From assembly GCA_033442325.1 (NCBI GenBank), contig JAWQFM010000012.1, forward strand, positions 622,122 to 686,121: a DNA stretch of 64,000 bases. The letters are read 5' to 3'. The translations under genes were made by a program, and so were the position numbers. Under the pieces are notes generated by a model. That model was not told the origin of the DNA, made no database searches, and saw only the letters and a program-made list of their open reading frames with translations. This DNA is from Salpingoeca rosetta. Taxonomy: Eukaryota; Protista; Choanoflagellata. Positions 1 through 18,800 of the stretch are shown here, in pieces. The stretch's first letter is position 1; each line of letters opens with the position of its first letter.

Positions 1-182
1 ACAGAACACGCCATTCAACCACACACACACACAATTGGACCAAGAAGATATTTGAACAAGCGCGCCAGCAACGCCAGCAACGCCAACACACACACACACA
101 CTCACACACACATGCAGACAGACACAGACACGACACAGACAGACAGACAGACACAGACACGACACAGACAGACACACACACA

Positions 183-233
<51 letters not shown>

Positions 234-261
234 ATACACGCGCGCGCGCAACTGCTACTCA

Positions 262-2916
<2,655 letters not shown>

Positions 2917-3533
2917 NNNNNNNNNNNNNNNNNNNNNNNNNNNNNNNNNNNNNNNNNNNNNNNNNNNNNNNNNNNNNNNNNNNNNNNNNNNNNNNNNNNN
3001 NNNNNNNNNNNNNNNNNNNNNNNNNNNNNNNNNNNNNNNNNNNNNNNNNNNNNNNNNNNNNNNNNNNNNNNNNNNNNNNNNNNNNNNNNNNNNNNNNNNN
3101 NNNNNNNNNNNNNNNNNNNNNNNNNNNNNNNNNNNNNNNNNNNNNNNNNNNNNNNNNNNNNNNNNNNNNNNNNNNNNNNNNNNNNNNNNNNNNNNNNNNN
3201 NNNNNNNNNNNNNNNNNNNNNNNNNNNNNNNNNNNNNNNNNNNNNNNNNNNNNNNNNNNNNNNNNNNNNNNNNNNNNNNNNNNNNNNNNNNNNNNNNNNN
3301 NNNNNNNNNNNNNNNNNNNNNNNNNNNNNNNNNNNNNNNNNNNNNNNNNNNNNNNNNNNNNNNNNNNNNNNNNNNNNNNNNNNNNNNNNNNNNNNNNNNN
3401 NNNNNNNNNNNNNNNNNNNNNNNNNNNNNNNNNNNNNNNNNNNNNNNNNNNNNNNNNNNNNNNNNNNNNNNNNNNNNNNNNNNNNNNNNNNNNNNNNNNN
3501 NNNNNNNNNNNNNNNNNNNNNNNNNNNNNNNNN
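2917..3533. other. Assembly gap (617 N)
   Basis: Run of N. Confidence 0.99.
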
Positions 3534-5153
3534 GGGCGTGGGACGCGTGTATCAATCGCAGGAAGCAAAACACCGCGTGAAAAGCAGGGCCAACTAACGA
3601 CTAGATGACAGGGTGAAGAAGGCAAGGAGCGAAGGAAGGAGCTAGTTAGTGACGGTCTGGCTAAGCGTCTGTCTGTCTATGTGCCTGTCTTTGTGGGTTG
3701 TTGCCAAAGGGCCAGCCCCAAGGTGAGTTCCAATCAACAAGCAAGAAAACAAGGACGACGGCAAGGGGGAATGTACAATGTAGATCGCGATACAACACAG
3801 GGTACAAAACAACAACAAGGTGTGCCGAGTACGTCGCACGGAACCGAGACAAACAAACAAGTAGCGAACAAAATATGAAGAACAGAGATACAGATGCCCT
3901 GCAGCCTCTTCCTTCACTTGGAAACGACACACACACTCACAACACCACCGCCACCACAACAACAAACTAGGGCAACAGCGGCGCACGCAGGGTGCGGAAT
4001 CAACTGACTGGCGTGGTTTTGGCTGGTTGTGGGGTCCGCAAACGCGTGCAGCAGCAGCAGGTCTTGAGGTTCGATTGATGTACAGAGGGAGGGAGGTGAT
4101 GACGGCGAAGGCCGGCGTGTCACCACCGAGAGAAGGCGGGCGCTTAAGGAGGGCGAATCGAAGAAGGGGAAGAAGGGGAAGAAGGGGAAGAAGGGGAAGT
4201 TACGAAGGGAAAACAAGGCAGCAAGGAATGGAAAGGAGAAAAGAAGAGGGGGAACAAACCAAATGGGCAACGCTGGGGAAAGGGTGGTTGCGCGTGCGGG
4301 TGGTGTTGGGCTGGTCCGAAACGCGTGTGCGACAAAGGGAAAGGTTTGCACACGCGAACGTCAGCCGTTGGGTCGATCGAGGTTCTCGTGTCACAAGAAA
4401 CGACGGGTCACCGCAGCAAAGATGATGTCCTGTTGCTCACCAAGTTGTCAAAGCAACAAAGGTGGCGCGGGTGCTTTTCCCCAAGAAGCACCAAGACAAG
4501 CGCTGGCGCGAGCCAAGCACAGACCCCCGGAAAGGGCGGCGGGAAGCCTGAATGGAAAAGAATGTGTCACTTGGAGATGAAGGAAGGGAGGAAAAGAGGG
4601 AGGAAAAGAAGTTACACAGAGACGGAAAGGAAAGAGAGGGGCTTTTGTTTCAATCCCAACACCCACGCAAAGACACACAACACACCAAGTTGCTGCTGGT
4701 GTTATCTAGAGGTGTGCGAGTCTCCAACACCAAGACGCCACACACCCACAAGCAACAACGCAACAGCACGAGGCACGGGGGTGGGTGAAGCAACAACGCC
4801 GCCACCACCCAATATGATGGTCGAAAAACCACAGAAGGAGAGAAGGCGAAGAAGGGGTGGCGTGCGTGTGTGTCGTTGGAGCGGTGCGGGGATAGAAAAG
4901 ACACGACAATTCAACCAAGATACAACTAATAGTCGTTCAGGCGACAATACAGAGGGCACAAAAAACCGCAGACACAAAAGCAGAAGAAAGAAGCAAGAAG
5001 CAAACAACCGTTCTCTTGTTCGCTCGGGCACACACACACACACACAGATCGACGACACTTGTTGTGTTTGTATCCCCCAGGCACACATCGACACACACCA
5101 CACCACACGCACACACACTCACACGCACGTACACAGCAAACACAAGGGACATT

Positions 5154-5703
5154 ATGTCTTCGTTCCCTCCTGCACCTCCTCTGTGGTCTGGTGGCCCTGC
5201 GCCCGGTGCTCTTTACTTGAGCACATTGACTGGTCCAGCGTCGACATCTTCCATGTCGACAGGATGGATGTCACAGACGGCGCAACCGCGCGCCCCTCAG
5301 CCCCAGGCAGGCGAGGACGCACGGACCCGCACTATGTACGCTTACTGTGTGTGTATAGGTGTGAGTGTGTGCGTGATGTGTGGATGCGTGTGAGTGTGAA
5401 GTGCGTGATGTATGTGGTGCATTTGTTTTTGCTTTTGTTTGGTGGACATGAACACGACACTGATTCCGGTTTCGCATGAACGTGTTTTGCACCGCTTGAC
5501 CGCCCTTGCTGTTCTTGCTGTTCTTGGATATCAACTTTGCTTCTTTTGCAGGCGACCCATTGTCACGGGTACGAGCGTTCTGGGCATCAAGTTTGATGGC
5601 GGTGTGGCCATCGCAGCAGATACCCTCGGTGAGAGTGCGGGTGTGCGTGGGTGTGGGGTGCGTCCACGTGTATGTGTGACATGTTTTTGCTTTCGTGTGT
5701 GTG

Positions 5704-5746
<43 letters not shown>

Positions 5747-6720
5747 CATGTTTTTGCTTTCGTGTGTGTGTATGTGTGGTTACATTATGTTTGCACTTGT
5801 GTACATTGGTTTTCGTGTGCACATGTGCCCGTACGCACATATGTGTGCGGAAGAGTGTTGGTTCCCCCTCTTCCTCTCGCCCTCCCCCCGAGCCTAACCA
5901 TTTCTCACACACCAAACGGTACATGTGTTTGTGCATGAACCACACAACCACAGGCTCGTATGGATCTCTCGCCCGCTTCCGCGAGATCTCTCGTATGTGC
6001 AAGGTTGGCAACCAGACGGTGGTTGGCGGCGGCGGCGACGTTGCTGACTTCCACATGATCCGTGACCTCCTCAACACGCTCGAGTGCGTTTTTCCTGTGG
6101 TGGTAGTGCTTGGTATTGGTTGCTGCTGTTTGCTGCTGTTTGCCGGTGCTGTTCAAGAGCTCTTCCATCCCTGTTCCATCTGCCATCGCTTCAACACATT
6201 GTCGCTCGTTGTGTGGCTTTCTTCCCTCGCATCTCAACCCGTTTCCTTTGTGCATGTGCGCATGTATACACATGTGTGTGTGTGTTTATTCAGGATTGAG
6301 AACCGCGAGTATGAGGATGAGCATGACATCAAGCCACAGGCCGTCCACACATACCTCACCCGCGTCCTCTACAACAGGTGTGTAATTGTATGTATGTGTG
6401 TGTGTGTGCGCGAGATGTGACAACTCGTGACACCAGCAACTCGTGGCACTCAACCAACGCCTCCACGCGCACTAACGCTTGGCCGCCTTGCCTCATCACC
6501 ACCACCACCACCACCACCACCACCACCACCACCACCACCACTTGCTCCACTTTCCACTTTCCAACACTCAACCAGGCGTTCGCAGATGAACCCGCTGTGG
6601 AACACGGTGCTGGTTGCCGGTATGCAGGATGGGGAGCCGTATCTCGGGTACACGGACAAGCTCGGCGTCGCCTACCAGGAGAGCACCCTCGCATGCGGTT
6701 ACGGCGCATACATCGCCCTC

Positions 6721-6754
<34 letters not shown>

Positions 6755-7554
6755 CGTGGTGTGTGTGTGTGTGTGTGTGTGTTTGTGTGTGCTTGAGCTT
6801 CTCGTGTCATCAATGGTACCTTCTTCGCAGTACAGCCCATCCCTAAACATACACACACCCTTCCACCTCTCCAACACTCACCCCCCCCCAAACTTCCACC
6901 AAATCATCAGCCGCTGCTGCGGGAGGTGGCTGACAAGGGCGAGCCCATCACGAAGGACGCTGCCGTGGCCCTGCTGCAGAAGTGCCTCAAGGTCCTCTGG
7001 TACCGCGACGCACGCTCCCTCAACCGCGTACGTGTCCACAACGCATGGGTCTATGCGTGCATGTCTGCGTGTATGCGTGCACGTTGGCTGAGATGTATGT
7101 CAGTGTTTGTTGTAAGATGCTGCTATTGTGCTGCTGCTGCTGCTGCTGCCCCTCTCCATCTCTTGCATTAGTGGTGCTCACCACGCCTTGCCTCTTCCCT
7201 CCCTGACACATGCTGGTGATGCATGTTCAGTTTGAGATTGCGACGGTGACGGCAGAGGGTGTGGACATCTCTGCCCCGCAGTCTTCCGAGTCCGACTGGG
7301 GCATCGCCTCCATGGTCCGGTGAGTACATGCACATGCATATGCACATGCGCTGGGTTTGTGGAATGGTTGGCGAGATGTTTGTGCATGCATGCACGCCAC
7401 GCATGGGCGAGCGGGTGAGCGGGCGAATAAGCAAGCACAAGTGTCCTGAGATTTCTCCCACATATCCTCACACACACACACACACATACGCACACACACA
7501 TATGCGCGCGCGCACACACACACACACACATGCACCTATAGCGGCTACGAGTGA
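5154..7554 (+). CDS. PSMB4: Proteasome 20S subunit beta type-4 (beta-7), ~8 exons
   Basis: Exons stitch to a propeptide ending RTRTM, then [25 protein letters not shown] / [14 protein letters not shown]...GDVADF / [28 protein letters not shown] / [30 protein letters not shown]...GYGAYIALG / PLLRE...[11 protein letters not shown] / [14 protein letters not shown]...DWGIASMVR / GYE*. All junctions are GT-AG and the motifs are diagnostic of beta-7. Confidence 0.96.
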
Positions 7555-8087
7555 GTGGACATGGCCTTAGCCACCACGGCAGCAACGCGCCGTCTGATGT
7601 GATGCTGTGCTGTTGTTGGTCGCACAATGTGTCTCTCTCGCTTCTCCTCCTCCTCTTCCTCTTGTTTCTCGTCGTCTGACGTGTGCGCTTGTGTGTTTGC
7701 GTGTTTGCATGCAGCGTATTGGTTTGTTCCGTTTCCCACACGGCGCGTGCGTTATTGTCCATGTTGGTGTTGTTGTCGTCAGTTCAATACAATGCGGTGC
7801 ACAGTCCAGCAGCACGCGAAGCAAGGAAGAAGAAGTACAAGTTGGAAATTAGGAGCGGGGGTGGGAAGTGGAACAAGCCAGAGCGAGAACAGCTGGAGTC
7901 CCAACCAAAGAAATCAAGCAAATGAGCAAACAAGCAAACGATCAATCGAGCAAACGAGCAAACAAGAAACAAGCAACTCGTGTACGCCTTCCCCGGGTCT
8001 TTCGCATCAAAATGCCATGCACACCATCACATCATGCCATCTCATGGTCCAGTTGTCACATGATGGCACCGCACCATCATGTCGCCC

Positions 8088-10240
<2,153 letters not shown>

Positions 10241-10750
10241 CGTGGCTTGGTGTTGGTCCGTCGTGTGTTGTCGTGCGTGCAATGCCCCTGAAATCCACGT
10301 GTGTGGTCTAGACTGAATTCAGTTGACGATGGAATGCACTGCAATACGTCCTGTCGTGACGGTTTGTTTATTTTGATTGTTGTTTTTTTCGTCTGCTGCG
10401 TTGGGTGTGTGTTGGCGGTGGTTGTTGACAATTACGCGGCTCGAGCACGTCAGCAGCACAGCAGCGCGGAGATCAACGTTCGTTCGTTTCGTCGACACTT
10501 TCCCCCTCAACACAAACCAAACCAAGCATCAAGACCCACCTGTCCCCGCCCGCACACGCACACACGCACACACGCACACGCACACACACTCTCTTGTTGG
10601 CCTCCACCTGCGTTCGCAAGTTCATTCATTCATTCACACCTGGACTCGCGCTGACGAACAAGCAAGCAAGGGGCGACAGAAGCAGCCAAGCAAGGCAGGA
10701 AGGAAGCGGCCAACAACAACACACAGACACACAGACACACACACACACAC

Positions 10751-10808
<58 letters not shown>

Positions 10809-10811
10809 ACG

Positions 10812-12508
10812 ATGGCGCAGACAGTTGAGTGGGTGAAGGTGTCGCTGGGCGACGACCTGCGCCGCATGCGCGTGAGCCAGACATTCGAGCAGCTGCGGTC
10901 GCGTGTGCAGGAGGCGTTCCACCTCGCAGGCACCGCGTTCACCCTCAAGTGGGTTGATGAGGACGGCGACCTCATCACCCTTGCCGACGACACAGACCTG
11001 ATTGCCATGCTGGCGCACCCAAAGGCGTGCGTTCGCGCATATGTGCAGCTCGATGGCAGCGGCAACGACGCAGGCCCAAGCTCATCGCCTTCCCGCCGCG
11101 GCCACCGCAAGAGCGACCACAAGAAGAAGGACAAGAAGGAACACAAGAAGAAGGAACACAAGAAGAAGGAACACAAGAAGAAGGAACACAAGAAGAAGGA
11201 ACACAAGAAGAAGGAACACAAGAAGAAGGACAAGGAGCGCAAGCACACTCAGAAGGAACGCGGGCAGGCCAAGCATTCTCCTGGTGTCCGTGATGCTGAG
11301 GAGCAAGACCACGGCCCACACTCTGCCGGCCCTTCGAGCCACACAACGACGGTCACTTCCACTCAGGCACCGACCACCACGAGCACGACAACAACCACGA
11401 CATCCAGGGCTTCCGCCAGCGCCAGCACGCCCGACGGCAACGTGGTGTCCATCGACGTGTCTGGGGAGGCGCCGTTTCAATCGCTGATTGAGGCAACGGA
11501 GCAGCTCATCCGGCAGTACACGGGCATGAGCGGGTCTGTGGAGGTTCGCCTCGACCAGCCCGCCACCCGTTTCGTCCCACAGCAGCAAGAGGAAGAGGAA
11601 GAGGAGCAAGAGGAGCAGGAGGAGCAAGAGGAAGAGCAGGTGGCCACGTTTGAGGTGCACGAGGTGGAGGCCCACGAGCAAGCCGAGCCCCAAGTATCGC
11701 AGCAGCAGCAGCATGAGTATGTGTTTGTGGAATTCCCTACTGACGACGACGATGATGAAGATGATGAAGAAGGTTTGGACGTGGATGCGGATGTGACGCC
11801 GCGTGTGGAAGCGATTGTGCTGGAGACTGCCACTCCAGAGCCAACCCAGACAACAACAGAGGCACCGGCAACAATGACCGCATCCAAGGACCTCCTCGTC
11901 TTCTCCACCCACAACGACGACGACGACGACGACGATGAGAATGATGGCGACGACGGCCGTGCTGTGGACGAGGGTGATGCTGGGCTCGACCGGCTCATCG
12001 CTGCTGCGCTGGCTGAAGCAAAGGAGGAGGATGCATCGTCGCGTGGCTCCTCTTCATCATCCGATGACGATGACTTGGAGATTGTCTCCACTGCAGATGT
12101 GCTTGCAAGCATCCAGGCTGAGCACGAGCAGCAGGAGGAGAACGACAACCAAGGACAAGGCGACGACGGCAGCGCTGTGCCTGCAGGCAGTGATGATGGG
12201 GAAGATGACTCTGCTTCCTCGTCGTCCGACAGCGACTACAACGAAGGGTTTGAGCTGGTGGACGTGCCAACAGCCCAGCAGAGCCACAACCGCGATGATC
12301 ACATGGATGAGGACGAAGACGAGGATGAGGATGCGGGTGAGGTGATCATGATGGCTAACGTGCCAGCAGACCAGCTACAGCAGCAGCAGCAGCAGCAGCG
12401 ACGCGACGAGGAGAAGAACCAGACATCAGCAGCTGTGACCACCTCTTCGACCCTGCTGCCACCACCAGGCCCTGTCTCAAGCTGGCCAACCTTTGTCCCA
12501 TCCTACCA

Positions 12509-12552
<44 letters not shown>

Positions 12553-13400
12553 CTGGCGCTGCAACGCGCCCGCGGGCCAGCACAGCCCCATCCACAACGC
12601 AGCCGCCAGCAACGACGACGACGACGACAACGACGACAACAGAGGACAGGCGGAGTGAGGAGGGGAAGGAGGAGCAGCAGAGGTCATCAGCGCCAACCTC
12701 GGGCACGTCCTCTTCCCTGTATCCGCTGCTGCCGCCGCCTGTACCCATGGTGCACACGACCCGCCACCAGTCCGCCCACACCCAGCACCACCAGAGCCAT
12801 CAGAGCCATCAGAGCCATCAGAGCCAGCACCAGCAGCACCACCAGCAGCACCAGTGCGCCAGCGTGAATGGCCCGAGCGGTGATGTGCGTCCGCAGTCGT
12901 CATCATCGTCAGCAGTGTGGTGCCCATCACCCTCATCATCATCGTCGTCGGCGTCGTCATGGAACACGGTCTCGGCACCGGCTCCCGCGTATGACCTGCG
13001 CAATGCGTTTGCGGCCCTGTTTGCACCAGACCAGACGCCAGCGCCAATCAACCAGCAGCACTCCACGCACCACTACCAGGCAGTGCAACAACAACAACAA
13101 CAACAACAACAGCAACAACAACAACAACAGCAGCAGCAGCAGCAGCAGCCAGCGAAGAGAGTGCATTGGGGAGCGACACCAAGCTACCACACCCATGCGC
13201 GGGACCAATATGCCCAACCGCCGGCGCCGGCACAGGTGTCACGTCGGCCTCGCATGCCATCTGGCTCCACGGCATTTGACCGCCAGCTGAGCCAGCTTGT
13301 GGCCATGGGCTTTGATGAGCGCAAGCACCGCCTGATCCAGCGCCTGCGCCGCCACAAGGGCGACGTGGCCGCCGTTATTGACGACATTGTCAGGCAGTGA
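10812..13400 (+). CDS. Intronless PB1 + UBA protein (p62/SQSTM1-NBR1-like selective autophagy receptor candidate), ~862 aa
   Basis: N-terminal PB1 domain (WVKVSLGDDLRRMR...LKWVDEDGDLITLADDTDL, OPCA motif), a long acidic/Q/T low-complexity middle and a C-terminal UBA (FDRQLSQLVAMGFDE...LRRHKGDVAAVIDDI). First plausible ATG at 10812 after a CA repeat; continuous ORF. Confidence 0.82.
11118..11236 (+). repeat. Coding 15-bp tandem repeat (CACAAGAAGAAGGAA)n encoding (HKKKE)n
   Basis: About 6 near-perfect copies plus degenerate flanks inside the PB1-UBA ORF. Confidence 0.9.
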
Positions 13401-13404
13401 TGGT

Positions 13405-13437
<33 letters not shown>

Positions 13438-13469
13438 CGTGTATTGTTGTGTGTGTGTGTCGTGTATTG

Positions 13470-13524
<55 letters not shown>

Positions 13525-13826
13525 CTGTTGTGTCTGCCTAACTGCGTTGTTCTCTGATGCTCTTGCTTGCTTGTTTGCTTGTTTGTTGCTTGCTGCGTTT
13601 TTGAACGCGTGTTGTTCTGCTTTGTTTTCGATTCAACGAACACCCCCCCCCCTAACTGCCGCTTTTTCTTGATCCTAACCTGTAACGCAACCGTGACCCT
13701 CTCACGTAAAATAACCAAAACGAAGCCGAGATGGGCATGAACTGGAGGAGAACAAACAGGAGGAGGAGGAGGAGGAGGAGGAAGAGGAGGAACGAATGGG
13801 GAAGCATATACACAGACACATACACA

Positions 13827-13889
<63 letters not shown>

Positions 13890-13952
13890 GCAGTCGTTGC
13901 TGGGTGCGGAATATTTGTGTGTATTTTTAGCCAAATTTCAGCAAACCGGACA

Positions 13953-14125
13953 ATGGAGAGTGGCAGCGGAGATGGCAGCGAAGATGGAGCGGTGCCGGTG
14001 GCAGGGGATGACCAGCTACAGGAGTTGAGGGAACGCATTGGCAGGCAGATTAAGCTCGACGGCACCATCATCGACGCCATCAAGGTGTGTGTGCATGTGT
14101 GTGCGTGTGTGTGTGTGTACTGTGT

Positions 14126-14175
<50 letters not shown>

Positions 14176-15237
14176 GTGTACTGTGTTGCGTGTTGTCTTT
14201 TTGTTTGTGTGTGTTTACATGTGTGTTTACATGTGTGTTTACATGTGTGCGTGTGCACATTGCAGTTCACTTGCCCTTTTGGGGTTTGTTGCTTCTGCCA
14301 CATACGTCCAGGGCATGACGGGGATGCTGTCAGAGCGGTCGCCGCACATCTGCTCTTGGGGTTGTCGTGCAGTCATGAATGTTGCACGCAGTGACGGTGA
14401 GTTTGGGACATTGTTGGTTGTGAAGAGATGCAAGGGCCAAGTGAATGAAATCTCAGTGAACGCGAACCAGGAAGCAAATGGCTTTTACTTTCCACTCTTC
14501 CTTGCCCTGTCTCCACCACGGACTGCACTCCATCTTTTGAAACTCAAACCTCACCCATCACATGCACACACATGCACATGCACACACATGCACATACACA
14601 TCCACACACGTGCACTCACCCATTTACGCGCTCACAGTTCAAGATGTGCCGGCTCTGCAAGAGCTGAATGCCCTGGAAGCCGTGCTGCGGTGCATTCGCC
14701 TGCATCCGCAAGATGAGAGCGTACTCACCAGCGCGCTCGGTGCCCTTCGTTACCTCTTTGCAGCTGGTTCGTATTTCTTTGCATGAACGCATCGTAATGT
14801 TGTGTCGTGATGGTGTGTTGCGGTGCTGTGTGTCGGTGGGTGTGCGCTTGACATTTGTGTGGTATTTCTTCGTCTTGTAGCTTTATGTGCTGTACTGTGT
14901 TGTTGCATGATGCTGTGTAGCCTGTGGGTTCTCCCACAAAACCCTTGCGTTCCCTCGCCACGTCACTTCGTTCGTCCATCGCGTCCACACTCACTGTTCC
15001 GTCACGCGCGCAACCACCCTTGTGCCTCCCTCCCATCCTCCACGACAGACGTGTGTGCGCAGCTGTTTGATGCAAGCATGGCCGCCGTGCTGGTGGTGGC
15101 GGTACGGGAGCACGGGTCCGATAAGCCCATCATTCTCGAACACGCCAGCGGCTGCTGCTCCGCCCTTTCCAACACAGGTACGCTACACCAAGTGCCACTG
15201 TAATTGCACTCGTGTTCGATGCTGCTGCTGCTGCTGC

Positions 15238-15313
<76 letters not shown>

Positions 15314-15765
15314 GCTGTTTAAGTTGTGTATTATGAAGGCACTAAGTCATAAGCAGAGGTCAACACACGCCCAGCTTACAGTCAAACCATTGTTCTGCCC
15401 CGTCTTACCCTTCGCGTTGCTGCACTCCCATCCTGTCTGCCTCCGATTTTCATTCTAGGCGAGGGCCGAACCATGCTGGGCGACAGCGGGGTGCTTGAGG
15501 CCATATTGGGTGCTGCATCACACCACCTCACGGACGAGCCGACACCAGCGCTTCGAATGGCCATCGCTGCCGTTGCTGCAATGTGCCAGAACCACGGTCA
15601 GTGATGAATACGAAGCACACGCGTGCATCTGTGTGTGTGTGTGTGTGCGCGCGAGTGCTTGTTTGTTTGTTTGTTTGTTTGTTGTTGAATGCCTTTGTTG
15701 ATTCTGACATTGTGCACATGTTTGCACAATTTTTCAGCGCATTCTAGTACACCGACAATGTGACA

Positions 15766-15817
<52 letters not shown>

Positions 15818-18800
15818 ACAGACAGACACACAGACAGACACACAGACACACACACACACACACTCGCACATATTCACACGCATTCACACCACACACACAC
15901 ATTCACACACATTTATGCACACACATTTACACACGACGAACACGTACCCCTGACCACCACCATCACTGCACGGCAGACGGCAACAGCGGGCGTGCGGAGA
16001 CCAACGGCGGCCTGCCGCTGTGTCGCAATGTCCTCTTCAAATACACGGCCCATCCCGACACCCTCGCAGCCGTGTTCACCCTGCTCGAGTGTCTGTCAAC
16101 CCGCGACTCGTTCCGCGAGTGTGTGCGCACGGAGCACCTGCTGCCTGCGGTTGTCGCTGCGCTGACCGCCCACGCTGCAACGCACGTGTCGCTGGCGGAG
16201 TCAGGGTGCAGGCTGGTTGCTCGCCTCGCCCAGTCCGAAGAGAACAGGTACGCTGCTGCTGCTGCTGTACTGCGCGATGTAGAAAAGGAGGAGAGGGAGG
16301 GGGACGAAGGAGGATGAGGGTGTGTGTATGTGTGTGAGTGAGAGGGGGTGAGTGAGAGAGTGTGTGTACGTGTGTGTGTGTGTGTACGTGTACGTGTGAA
16401 GATGGGAGGTGACAGACTGGCACGCACAGAGTCACACGCACACACAACGAGAGGGAGGAAGAGAGAGGAAGGCAGGTTTGGGTGGTCAGTGTTGCGGGCA
16501 ACGGGGGGGGCGGTGGTCATCGATCGTTGCTAACCACGACTCGCCTCCGCGTCGTGTTCGTCCTCGATATATGGCTCTTTGCACTCAAAACCACTCGGTG
16601 CCGTTGGTGTGGTGCAACGTACAGAGTGCAGCTGCTGATTCTGAACATTCTCCCCGTCATCATTGATGTGCTCGAGATCCACAAAGGTGCGAAGGGGGCT
16701 GTGTGTGTGTATACCTTTTCATATACTTTGCGCTTACATGCACCGTCTGCCCTTTGCTGCGCTGCCTTGTTTCTCTTTCGTAACCCGTGCTGGCTTTGCC
16801 GTGTGTGACCACAGACCACACGGATGCGATTCTGTACGCGTGCTGGGCCATTGTTGAGCTGGCCGTCTCCAATTTCCCAGAAGGTTTGCATGCACGCGCA
16901 CACTGCCGCACACACTTGTGCGAGTTGGTCACTTGCACCACTTGTGAACACATGCTGGCGTCCCTGCACACGCATAAACACACACACACACACACATACA
17001 CACACGCATGTACACACGCATGTACACACACATGCACACATACACACACATACACACACATACACACACAATCGATTATCCTCACACACGTGCAGAAGGG
17101 GAGGAGCACGACACGCTGGACGAAGACGACGACAGGGGCGAACGGGCGGATTCGGGGCCGCAAGGAGAGGAGAGCGCGAGCGTTTTAGGCCTGGCCTCGC
17201 CACGTTTTTCTGTCGTCAGCGGTCCTTTTGAGGGCCCCACTACCTACGAGCCGGATGACGAGGACATTTCAGTGCTGTCGGAACATGAGCAAGCATTTGA
17301 AGACGTCATCACCTCCATTTTGAAGAACATGAAGCAGCACAAGGACAAGGCAGACGTGCACCGATACGGCACCCTTGCCCTTGAAAACCTCGCAAGCAGA
17401 TCAGGTTCCGTGTTCGCGTGTGCATGTTCGCGTGTGCATGTTCGCGTGTGCATGTTCACGTTCGTGTGATTTTCCCACATTTCTACGTTTGCTTTCCTCC
17501 CATCTCAAGCCTCACTTTGCAATCAACAAACACACACACACACACACACACTAGAGCGTTTGCGTGTTGCAATTGCTGTGAAGAACGGTGTGCACATCAT
17601 CATCATCGGCATGAAGCATCACATGAAGGAGCCACATGTTCTCGCAAACGCAGCGCACGCCCTCGCCGTCCTCGCAGCAGACGGTGAGAGAGAGAGAGAG
17701 CTTGTGTGTATGTGTGTATGCTCGTGTGTATGCTTGTGTGTACGTGTGTACTTACGCGTAGAAGCGTGTGCATGCACGCGTAGATGCACATGTGTGTGCA
17801 GTGTGCAGTGTGACTTACGCGTGCTATTGACAATCATTTGACCGCTGCCATTGTCACGCCTGTTCCTGGTTGTTCGCATTCATTTCGTCCTTGCAGATGA
17901 GAAGATGCATCGCCACATCACCATGATACGCGGCATCAACTACACGCTCAAGGCCATGGCCATGCACCCAGAGGTGTGGAATATGTGTGTGTGTGTTTGC
18001 ACGACTGTGTGGATGTTTCCGCAACTGTGTGGATAAGCGTGTGGATGGATGTGGTTCATGTGGAAGTGGGAGCGAGGTGCATCTTGCACGTGCCTGCATG
18101 CACACGTTCGCTCACTCAACATAAACTTAACTGTCATGTTGCTGGCGATTCTGTTATTGCGCAATTGTGATTGCAGGAGGAGGATGTTCAGTTCAACGCC
18201 TGCCGTCTCCTTGCAAACCTCTGCCTCACACGTACGCCGATTTGGGGATTTTTCCCCTGTAACCCCCCCCACCCATTCTTGTGTGCTCATGTACGTTCCA
18301 TGATTTATCTCTATTCGCTCATTCCATTTTCATCATCACCACCACCACCACCACCACCACCACCACCACCACCTTCACGGCAGCGGAGGTGTGCGAGGAA
18401 GCGATGCGACAACACGCCGCCACAATGTGTCTGAATGCCCTTGATCGCCACCGCTCAAACTTCGACGTACTCGTGTACGGCTTTCGCCTCCTGGAGAACC
18501 TGTCCACGCAAGGTGCGCAATTAGTGGAGAGAAACGATCGTGCAGCGGGGCGTGAGTTGCACGCATGGATGGATGTCACTTCACATATACATGGGCGAGA
18601 CTGTTTTCACTCACCCAAATACACACAAACAAATACACAAACAAACAAACAAACAAACAAACAAACAAACAAACACACATACATACAAACATAATATTTT
18701 CAAACACGCGTACACCGTGCACCCCTTCTTGCTGCCACAGCTGCCGTTCGCAAGCAGCTGCAGGAGGACGGGCGGGCGCTGCGCATATGTCTGGACGGAC

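Noticed and set aside
6718-6730. Apparent frameshift or non-canonical splice donor in PSMB4
   Set aside because: A canonical phase-0 GT donor inside the GT repeat (after ...CTC GGT) restores ALG-PLLRE.
10377-10811. N-terminal extension making the PB1-UBA ORF 1007 aa
   Set aside because: It begins at a non-ATG codon and runs through leader and CA-repeat sequence; PB1 is expected at the N-terminus, which fits ATG 10812.
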